64,000 bases of DNA from Eledone cirrhosa (Eukaryota). Both the position numbers and the translations under genes were made by a program. The notes under the pieces were generated by a model, which was not told the DNA's origin, made no database searches, and was given only the letters and a program-made list of their open reading frames with translations. Positions within the stretch are counted from its first letter, which is position 1. Each line of letters starts with the position of its first letter. The DNA is taken from assembly GCA_964016885.1 (NCBI GenBank), contig OZ024757.1:25048001-25112000 (forward strand), in the 5' to 3' direction. Shown here in pieces: positions 22,974 to 33,712 of this stretch.

Positions 22974-23280
22974 CCGTAGCTAAGTTAGTAGCAGCTCCAC
23001 TTACTAACCTTAGGGCTATAACGTTACATGGTTCGAATCTTACACTCTTCTCTATAGTGCCACACGAGTTATCTCCTAGTCTTTTTATATAGTTTCACTG
23101 TTTAGTGAAAGCGGGCGCTCCGAACAGTTACTTATGTAGACGGGTGGTTAGCGACTCGGCTTACAAACATTAGCATCATGACGTTACATGGGTTCGAACC
23201 CTTCCGGCGCCTCAATTTTTCAAATAGAGTTATCACCCATGGTTCTTTAGAGTTTCATTGCTTACTCGAAAGATGGTGCG
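22974..23280 (+). mobile_element. Two diverged tandem 160-bp tRNA-like (pol III A/B box) units
   Basis: gtagctaagttagtagc...acgttacatggttcgaatct at 22976 and gtagacgggtggttagc...acgttacatgggttcgaaccc at 23136; copy at ~37193-37500. Confidence 0.6.
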
Positions 23281-23795
23281 GGGATCATCTTTTACGATGA
23301 GTAGTAAGAGACAATAATACATGGAAGGAGGAGAAATAGAGAGAGATAGAAAGACGAATGTGTCACACACTCAATTCTCTCACCGTCTCTTTACTTCTGA
23401 CAGAGTGATAGATGTAAAGAGAAGGTGAGAAATAAGAGGTTGATAGATTTGGCTGTTATTTTTAACATTTTCTAATCATGAGAGAGAGAGTATAAGATAT
23501 AGAGAGAGGAGGAAATCGCCGATGTTTACGTTGAGAAAACCTAATAAAACGTTATAAATGAGATAAACAAGACAAAGTTAGATAAAATAAAATCAGCGAT
23601 ATATTTATAATATTTTAATATATTTTTCCTGGTCGTCTGCTTCCATTGATAGAGAGAGGAGTGGTGGGAGGTAGCCATAACAACCGTGGTAGCAACACTG
23701 TGGTTTTTAAAGAAGTGAATACAAGAAAAACAAGCAACAAATTTAAATTTACTAAAATTAGTTTAAACATCTAAATCTTAAGAATATTAAATCTC

Positions 23796-24011
23796 TTACC
23801 CCTTTAGCATTCACATTACTCTATATATACTATTGTATTTTCACAGTAACGGCTTTATCTCACATAATATCGAATCTATGAGATTTCGATATTATTTATT
23901 TTCAGAACAATACTTTAACATCAGTATGAGTGGTTAATTAGGGCTGGTTTGAACAGAAAGAGGTGAGAGAATTCTGGCCGGTTACAGCTGGTTTAAATGA
24001 TAAGGGGTTAA
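23796..24011. mobile_element. piggyBac-like MITE
   Basis: Ends ttacccctttagcatt and aatgataaggggttaa form an imperfect TTAA-CCC terminal inverted repeat; copy 38015-38230. Confidence 0.6.
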
Positions 24012-26200
24012 GCCATTCAAGATGTGTATGACGAGAAAGAAGCCGTTTTAGAATCGTATGACATAGATAATAACTGGAATTTCTTATGTGACAACTTACT
24101 GCAGGCTGCTGAAGACACTTGTGGCTGGAGCAGAGCTCCGACCAGACAGAGAGTGACCTGGTGGTGGGACAACACGGTAGATAAGGCCATTAGAGACAAA
24201 AGACTAGCATGGAACACTTGGATAAATGGTGAGAGTAGAGACCGATGCACAGCCGCTAAGAAAGAAGCTAGACGTCAGGTGTACTTAGCACGCAGGGAGG
24301 CTGAGAATAGGAGGGTTGCCAATGTTCTGTAACGGGAAGATCAAAGACGTGCGGTGTTCCGCATTGCAAGCCAGTGTGTCAGTGTAAATCGGGATGTTGT
24401 TGGAGATAAATGTGTCCGGAATGATGCTGGTGTACTCAGTGTCAATAATGATCAGAAAAAGGCGGCCTGGAAATGCCATTATGAGAGGCTGATGAATGTG
24501 GAGAATGAATGGGAGAGAGAGAAACTACCCACATTTGACCGAACAGAGGGACCAGCTATTGAGATTGTTGACTATAGGGTCAAAGAGGCAATTAAAGAAA
24601 GGAAAAATGGTAAGGCAGCTGGACCATCAGGGATAGTTGCTGAGATGCTGAAGGCATGAGGAGAAGTAGGTACTAAACTGGTTGCAAGCATAATCAATCA
24701 AGCTATATATGGCGGAGTCATACCCAAAGACTGGTGCAGCAGTATTCTCATAAATTGCTACAAAGGTAAAGGGGATGCTCTGGAGAGGATCAATTATAGA
24801 GGCAGAAAACTGATGGATCAGGTTATGAAAGTGGCAGAAAGGATATTAGAGCAACTAATTAGAGAAAGAGTCAAACTAGATGAAAATGCAGTTTGGTTTT
24901 GTGCCTGGGAAAAGTACAACCGATGCCCTCTTCTTAGAGAAGAATAAGCCATTATACTTAGCTTTTGTTGACCTAGAGAAAGCCTTTGATAGTGTACCCC
25001 CAATCTGTCATCTGGTGATCCCTAAGGAAACTAGGTGTTGAGGAATGGCTTGTGAGGACAGTACAAGCTTTGTACAGAGGTGCTGTCTATAAAGTGAGGG
25101 TTGGAATGGAGTTTAGTGAGGAATTCCAGATACAAGGAGGAGTCCATCAGAGTTCGGTCCTCAGCCCGCACTTCTTCATTATAGTCCTCCAAGCCATAAC
25201 AGAGGAGTTTAAGACTAGCTGCCCATGGGAACTTCTCTATACTGACAATCTGGTTTTTATAGCAGAATCAGTAGAGGAGCTAGAGAATAAATTCTGGCTA
25301 TGGAAACAGCAGTTGGAATTAAGAGGACTGAGAGTGAACCCAGCTAAAACAAAAGTGTTGATAAGTAGAAAAAAGGACAAAACTCTGATGGCCATGCTCG
25401 ATATGCAGAAAAGGAAGTGGCATACATTCTATAAAATGTACACAATGCAGATCTTGGGTACATACGAGATGTAGTGGGAAAGCAGGCAAACTAACAGGTA
25501 GGGAAAACTACGTATGCAGTAGATGTACAGGGAAATTTGACAGTAGAAGTCGCATTGATAGACACATTTTTCAAATGCAAGTAGGTTCTATAAAAGTGGT
25601 TGATAGCTTCAGTACCTAGGTGATCAGATTAGTATGGGAGGGGGGGTGGGGGGTGTTCCGAGGCCATAGTATCTAGAATAAGGACGGGCTGGAAGAAGTT
25701 TAGGGAGCTGCTTCCTCTGGTGACAAAGAGGGTTTCTCCCTGCATACAAAAGGTTGGTTGTTTGATGCCTGTGTGAGATGCACAATGTTGCATGGTAGTG
25801 AGACATGGGCAGCAACTGCAGAGGATATGCGAAGGGTGAAGAGAAATGAAGCAAGCATGCTCCATTGGATGTGCAATGTCAATGTGCGTGAAAGACCAAG
25901 CATGGACGAGTTGAGAGTGAAACTCTATAAGAAGGATAAACTGCAGTGTGCGGGAGAAAAGACTGCGTTGGTATGGCCATGCGATGCGTATGCAGGATTA
26001 CCGCAGGGTGAAGAAGTGCCAAGTAATCCCAGTGGGAGGAAGACGCAGTAGAGGAAGACCAAGGAAGATATGGGCAGAGGTAGTGAGAGCTGACCTCAGA
26101 TCGTTGAAGCTCAGAGGAGATGATGAAGGAGAGATGTTATGCTGAAGAGGATCTGTCCCACCCTTTATAAGCAGGGAAAAGTGGATGTATAATGATGATG
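24012..26200 (+). mobile_element. RTE-clade LINE, 5'-truncated and decayed RT (copy 1)
   Basis: TWWWD, KAAGPSGIVAEMLK, YKGKGD...NYRG, QFGF.PGKSTTDA, AFVDLEKAFD, GVHQSSVLSP, LLYTDNLV (YADD lost), GLRVNPAKTK, LHGSETW, RLRWYGH, RGRPRKIW; (GAT)n tail; no endonuclease. Confidence 0.95.
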
Positions 26201-26314
26201 ATATATATATATATATATATATCCCACCCTTGCAAACAGGAAAAAGCAGATGTAAAATGAAAATGATGATATATATAGATAGATAGATATGTATATATAT
26301 ATATTTATACTTAT

Positions 26315-26440
26315 ACGTCATGGTGGCTACAGGTGCCAAGAGGAAGAAGCCAGACAATCCTCTGATATTTGTTTATCTTCCTTTCCTTCGTGGGCCACGG
26401 TACCCGGGTTTGTGGCCGACGCAACCAAGTTGAAATCGGC
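26315..26440 (-). mobile_element. Short CRE-like RLE fragment
   Basis: Homologous to 2320-2420 (aagaggaag...gacaatcctc...tttgtttat...gggtttgtggccga); shorter version at 9540-9612. Confidence 0.55.
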
Positions 26441-26649
26441 CACCGGTGGTTGATATCACCAGGTTAGGAAACCCTGGTTTAGTCGCTCCAGTTATTACTT
26501 CGTTAGACATAGTCAGTAATTGAAATTAAAGCCTAAAGGTGTACTAAAGCCACAAACGTTTTTCTATCTATGAATTATTAGTGGTGTAAACAGATGAATT
26601 AAAGTCAAAGCTAACAAATATATCACCAAGAAGAATATCTAAGGATTTC

Positions 26650-26875
26650 CAAAGTGTAAAGTCAGCTCAAGCCTGGAGACTTATCAAGCAGGTGCCTGTC
26701 CCAGTCCCTCTAGCGTAAAGGGACTGAGAGTACATGACTTCCCCCTGGACATGATGTCAGTCCATCGCAGGGTTAACCCCCCACCTATGTGAAATTAAGT
26801 TTTTGCTCAAGTAAAACAACTAACAACACAGTCCAGGAATCGAATACACATATGATCGTAAGACCACGGACCTCC
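26650..26875 (-). mobile_element. tRNA-derived SINE with V-domain-like core
   Basis: Minus strand ttcgattcc B-box remnant and gggttaaccctgcgatggactgacatcatgtccagggg, resembling the V-SINE central domain; copy ~40870-41095. Confidence 0.6.
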
Positions 26876-27700
26876 ACTATCGAAGGATCTACCCTTCATT
26901 AAAGAATAAATTAGACTTATGCTTACGTCGCTGACATAATTATGGTCGGAAAGGACATTACTGAAAATAAGGAATGAACAACTAAAGGAAGACAGAAACG
27001 GAAGGAATCTACACAGGAGGGCCCATCTTCCTACCAAAAGAATTATTTTAACAAGCCTACATCCTACTGAGCCAAAGAAAGGGGCCTCATAACTAGAACA
27101 GGCCTCATTTGTCCTAAATACGGAGCTGTCTTTACATATAATTATATATATGTATATATATATAGTATGTGTGTGTGTATGAAGATGTATGACCCCCTAG
27201 CAAGCCAAACTACAGTTACGCCCCAACATGGAGAGCAAATTAAAACATTACCTGTTAGAGACGAACGTGAAATGATTTGTTAGTGAACTACCGGTGTAAC
27301 AGTAATTATGTTACCGGTGTAACTATTTCTGTTTACCTTATTTTTAAATCACACTCCTATATTAGTTTAGTGACCCCAGGCCTACTTGGAGCCATTACAG
27401 CCGAGCTCCTCCGCAAGATCGGAGTGTTTGTGGCCCGTCTGAGGATGGAGTCCCACGAGGTTTGATGGCTGTTGCAGCAGGTGTCACTGCCCTTACATAT
27501 ATATACGTAAATGTTCCCTTGACTGCTATTTCTAGCATATATTAAGAGACACTTTAGAAACAGCAGCTAAAAGTCAGGAAACAACAGTGTATCTGTATAT
27601 ATATACAGAGAGAGAGAGAGAGAGCAGCCAAAGACACACACACACATACACACAGGTGTATGTCTGCGTGTATGTATATATATGTATGTGTCTTTGCGTA

Positions 27701-27758
<58 letters not shown>

Positions 27759-27794
27759 CAGTGATCCCCCTCCCAACCTTTAATTAAACAAACC

Positions 27795-28266
27795 TGCGAT
27801 GATCAAAACAAACTTCATGTGTATCTGGAAGTTTGGCCGTATTATATCACTTTCAAATTGACCCCTATTATATTCAAATTATCCCCTGTGGGGCGTGCAC
27901 CCTACGTTGAGAATCCCTCATAACTAAATATATGTGAGTGTGTTGCTATGACTGCTATTTCTAGCAGGTTTACTGCAGTCCTGTAGACGCACATCAAAAA
28001 ACCGGAAGTGGCAGCCATTAAAAAACTTTGCCTTAAAATCAGGCAAAAGTTTTTAAACAATTTGCCAAGAAAGATAACTCTTGTCTTACTTAATCGCAAA
28101 AATCGAGTCAAAAATTTTGCGGGTGTGCAGATTGTTTGGTCGCAATTGCTGCTATTTCTAGCATGTATGGACGTTTTAGAAATAGCAGCGAAAAACGGAA
28201 AACAGCAGAAAGAAGGACACACACCTATATATATATATTTTGGATATGTGTGTGTTTGTTTATATG

Positions 28267-28297
<31 letters not shown>

Positions 28298-28378
28298 ATA
28301 TATATACATATATATTTATATATATATATATGTATATGTATATATATGTATATATATATATATATATACATATATATT

Positions 28379-28429
<51 letters not shown>

Positions 28430-28698
28430 GGATACGTGTCTGTTTGTTTATATGTATATATATATGTGTGTGTGTATATATATATGTATATATAGGTGTG
28501 TGTCCTTCTTTCTGATGTTTTCCGTGTTTCGCTGCTATTTCTAAAGTGTTCATACATGCTAGAAATAGCAGTCAAATACCAGCAAACAAGACCAAATCAA
28601 CTGCACAGCCGCAATATATATATGATATATAAATATATGTGAGTTGCTATGACTGCTATTTCTAGCAGGTTATTCCTAGCGTGTAAACTGCACACCCA
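27795..28698. repeat. Truncated palindrome (left arm, (TA)n, inner part of right arm only)
   Basis: Junction gcacacccac|agatagaatac at ~28699 skips about 1.87 kb present in full heads; same in 42030-42952. Confidence 0.88.
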
Positions 28699-29945
28699 CA
28701 GATAGAATACTTTGTAGTATTTTTTCCAGTTCTTTATTCTCAGTTCAACTTTACTTTTCTTACATTCGGGGTTCTCTCTTACTCTATATCTCTTTCTCAC
28801 TCTCTCTTTTATTCAGACCTGGAGAGGAGATGTACTCTGCCAGGTTTTATAATGAGTTATGGGGTCATACCTGCCTGCAACATCACTGTGTACTGAGTGT
28901 AGCATTTTATATCCTTGTTCTGGGCCTTCCTAACACCACTGTGTATTAAGTGTAGCTTTTAATATCCTTGTTCAGGGCCTTCATAATACCAGACTAGCTA
29001 ATGTGTATATTATATTGTTATAGAGGAACTAAGTATGTCCTTTAGGTTCTGTAATGTACCCTAGTTGGCCCTAATGGTAGCACCAGCCCTGTATAAAACT
29101 GTGATACTTTAAGGTTCAGTAATGTACCTATCTGATGTCTGTACCCTAGCTGGTTGTCTGTCTCTCTCTACCCTAGGTGTCTCTGTGTCTCTCTGTACCC
29201 TAGGTGTCTCTGTGTCTCTCTGATGTCTGTACCCTAGGTGTCTCTGTGTCTCTCTAATGTCTGTACCCTAGGTGGCTCTGTGTCTCTCTAAGGTCTGTAC
29301 CCTAGGTGGCTCTGCGTCTCTCTAAGGTCTGTACCCTGGTTAGCTGGGTATCTCACTGAGATCTGTACCCTAGGTGGCTCTGTGTCTTATTAAGGCCTGT
29401 GTCTTATGTGGCTGTCATCATCATTATCATCGCCACTGTCATCATCATTATCATCGCCACTGTCATCATCATTATCATCGCTGTCATCGCCACAGTCGTC
29501 GTCAGGGCTGGATTACCTCACAACGGTAGTGAACATATTTAGATGTCATCATACGAAAGGAATAGTTGAAACATATCAGATCTGAAATAAAGAGAGTTAG
29601 ATGATGTAGAGAGAGAGAGAGGGAGACTCGCAGACAGTGAGAGAGAGAGAGAGAGGAAAACATTGATTGTGTTCACTACATTAAGTTACTATCTTACTAA
29701 TGAAACAATTAATAATTTTAGTAAATTCTTCAAAATTCTTCATTAATTAATTGAAAGAGAGTGTATTTCATTAGAAATGTGGTCATAAAAAAATAATAAT
29801 AATGAATTATTGTGTACAGTGCTAAGGTGCACTACAACTCATCAAAGGTGCATGTATGGTATATAGAATAATGTACAAATGTCAGGAAAGTGAACAGTGT
29901 ATGAGTCATGATATACCTGTGTGTGTGTATGGAGGGGGGATATTA

Positions 29946-30958
29946 CCTAACAACTGACGCAGGTAGTTTGTTCCATGGAGGTTTTAAAGGATGTAGTGTC
30001 TCGACAGCTAACAACTGATGCAGGTAGTTTGTTCCATGGAGGTTTTAAGGGATGTAGTGTCTAGACAGCTAACAACTGATGCAGGGAGTTTGTTCCATGG
30101 AGGTTTTAAAGGATGCAGTGTCTCAACAACTAACAACTGATGCAGGTAGTTTGTTCCATGGAGGTTTTAAAGGATGTAGTGTCTAGACAGCTAACAACTG
30201 ATGCAGGTAGTTTGTTCCATGGAGGTTTTAAACGATGCAGTGTCTCGACATCTAACAACTGAAGCAGGTAGTTTGTTCCACGGAGGTTTTAAAGGATGTA
30301 GTGTCTCGACATCTAACAACTGAAGCAGGTAGTTTGTTCCATGGAGGTATTAAAGGATACAGTGTCTCGACAGCTAACAACTGATGCAGGAAGTTTGTTC
30401 CATGGAGGTTTTAAAGGATGCAGTGTCTCCACAGCTAACAACTGATGCAGGCAGTTTGTTCCATGGAGGTTTTAAAGGATGTAGTGTCTCGACAGCTAAC
30501 AACTGATGCAGGTAGTTTCTTCCATGGAGGTTTTAAAGGATGCAGTGTCTCGACAGCTAACAACTGATGCAGGTAGTTTCTTCCATGGAGGTTTTAAAGG
30601 ATGCAGTGTCTCCACAGCTAACAACTGAAGCAGGTAGTTTGTTCCATGGAGGTTTTAAACGATGCAGTGTCTCCACAGCTAACAACTAATGCAGGTAGTT
30701 TGTTCCATGGAGGTTTTAAAGGATGCAGTGTCTCCACAGCTAACAACTGATGCAGGTAGTTTGTTCCATGGAGGTTTTAAACGATGCAGTGTCTTGACAT
30801 CTAACAACTGATGCAGGTAGTTTGTTCCATGGAGGTTCTAAAGGATGCAGTGTCTCGATAGCTAACAATTGATGCAAGTAGTTTGTTCCATGGAGGTTTT
30901 AAAGGATGCAGTGTATTCACAGCTAACAACTGATGCAGGTAGTTTGTTTCATGGAGGT
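29946..30958. repeat. 61-bp satellite array (about 17 copies)
   Basis: Same unit; variant order is largely a subset of 14890-16872. Confidence 0.97.
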
Positions 30959-31264
30959 TTACATTGGAAGTACAACCAAATAATTGTTTCTGGCACAAGG
31001 CCAGCAATTACTGGTACTTTATTCTATCGACCTCATAAGGATGAAAACAAAGTCAACCTTAGAGGGATTTGAACCCAGAACGTAAAGGGCCATAACCCTA
31101 TGCTGTAAAGCATGGTGTCTGGCGCTCTACCGATACTGCCAATCCACCGCCCTAGTACCAACAAATAATGACTGCTCACCACAAAAAATGGGTATGATAA
31201 GAGAGGTGTTGCATGAATGTAATCCATATGTCGAAGTGTACAATACAATGCATGGCATCACAAA

Positions 31265-31299
<35 letters not shown>

Positions 31300-33712
31300 T
31301 ACTAAAGTGTATGTAAAATTTTAAAATAAATACTTAAATTCAATTTGTATAATTACACATACAATATGTTTTGTTGTAAAACCCTAAATAATGATTTAAG
31401 AAATGATGTCAATCTCTTTGTACAGAGAAAAACAATTTATATATATGCATCGTGTGCGCGTGTATACTCCATTTAAGACAGCAAAAAACCTAGTACCTCC
31501 TTCAAAGAATGCCAAATAGTTTATGCCTAAGGTGTAACACTAATTAAGTTACTGGTGTAGATATTTCAGTTGAACCCTGCTTCAAACATGCATATTATTA
31601 TTATATATTTTCAAACACACTTACATACATTATATTTATACACATAGGAATAATAAGTTAAAACTAAGTATAATGATATAACAACAGTATATAATAGTTT
31701 TCTTCACTTTATTGAGATGCAATCGTTTTAAAGAAAAAACATGACAGAATAAGAAATATTTAATATGATAACATAATATTTCAGGTAGGATGGTGGTTTC
31801 TCTATGATGGTGGTTTCTCTTTGAACTAATAATTGTTTCTATTTTAGGCACAAGGCCAGCAATTAACCAGTACATTACTGGTACTTTATTTTATTGACCC
31901 CGTAAGGATGAAAGGCAAAGTTGACCTCGGATCGTAAAGGGACGTAACTATGCTGGAAAGCATGGCGTCAGACCCTCTACCGATACTGCCAATTCACCAT
32001 ACAGTATAATTATACAAACATGCATATAGATAGCAATATATATACACTAATATGTATGTACATATATATAGGGAGAGAGAGAGACACATGTATGTATATA
32101 TATATACACATGCGTGTATGTATGTGTGTTTATGTACATTCTTCGGTATATATATATCGGTATACACATTGGAGACAGAGAGAGAGAGAGTTGAAACGAG
32201 AGATGAGAGAGTTGAAACAAGAGAGATGGTTGAAACGCGAGGAGAGAGAGAGAGTTGAAACGAGAGGAGAGAGAGAGAGTTGAAACGAGGAGAGAGTTGA
32301 AACAAGAGGGTGAGGGGAGAGAGGGGAGAGAGTGATGAAACGAGTTGGAGATAGAGTGTGAAAGAGAGAGAGAGAGGAAGAGAGAGGAAGAGAGAGAGAG
32401 AGGAAGAGAGAGAGAGGAAGAGAGAGAGGGAGAGAGGGGGATGAAACAAGAGGGTGAGGTGAGGGATGAAACAAGAGAGAGGGGGGAGAGAAAGAGAGAG
32501 AGAGAGAGAAAGAACTGAAACAAGAGAGAGATGAAACAAGTGAGGGATTAGAGAGATATGAAACAAGTGAGGGATTAGAGTGTTGAAACAAGAGAGAGAG
32601 CGAGATGAAATGAGACAGGGAGAGCGAGATGAAACGAGAGAGTGAGAGCGAGCCCCTGTGGCTAATAATTCTGACATGTAATGTTATGGACATCTCTGCC
32701 CCTATGGCTAATAATTCTGACATGTAATGTTATGGACATCTCTGCCCCTGTGGCTAATAATTCTGACATGTAATGTTATGGACATCTCTGTCCCTGTGGC
32801 TAATAATTCTGTCATGTAATGTTATGGACATCTCTGCCCCTGTGGCTAATAATTCTGTTCAAATCTGACTGACATGCATGGTATATATTTATGTTTCATT
32901 ATAAACCAAAGAACATTGAGCAGCATTTCTCAACCTTTCTACCCATGTTGATCTCTTGAAATAGTTTTTATGTCTCAGGGAAGCCCTGCATAAAATATAC
33001 TTTTTCTATCTCTAGAGCAGTGGTTCCTAAATCGTGTGCTGCGAGATGAAACTAGATGAGCTGCAAAAGACTAAGATGTGAAAAATATAAAACTGAAATT
33101 TCATATAAAAGTTCAAATATAGCTACAGCCACAAACCTAGGCTCCACACCCCGCAACGCAGAGGAGAGTAAGATAGTACCGAGGCCTGACTCACTTCTTC
33201 CACTCCATTGAGACCTCTGCCATACTTGGTCCCCGTACTGCTGATTTCCTCCATAAAGTCGGGAGGAAATACGGCAGGAGCCTCGTGAGGAGGGGCGACT
33301 ATTGTAGCAGGTGTCTCTGGCCTTGCTCCGAGGTAACGCTTTTACGTTTCTTCCACGGGTTGCGGCTGAGGGACCACTTAGACTGGGGTGAAGTGTCTGT
33401 CCCTCCCCCGACTTCTTACTTCTTTTCTTTTCTCCTTTTCATTTTCTTTTCTCTTCTTGCTTATCTCTGCTATACCACGGCATCAAAAACATATATGATA
33501 TATGTATGTATGGTATAGGTGTATTTATATTTAGGATAGTTATCAAAGGTAAATAGACTGGTTGGAGCAATAACAGTCTTGTTTATGTATATACACACAT
33601 ATATATATGTTTGTTCTTGTATTTCCATAGAAAAGGTAAAGAAAAGAAGAATGCTCTATGTATTGTACAGAGCTATTTAATTACATAATAAACAACAGAA
33701 TATAATTATTCC

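Noticed and set aside
23130-23215. Possible genuine tRNA gene
   Set aside because: A/B boxes are present but no convincing acceptor or anticodon stems; treated as a tRNA-derived repeat.
24012-26200. Active reverse transcriptase
   Set aside because: Multiple stops and frameshifts, YADD mutated to YTDN, and the endonuclease is absent.
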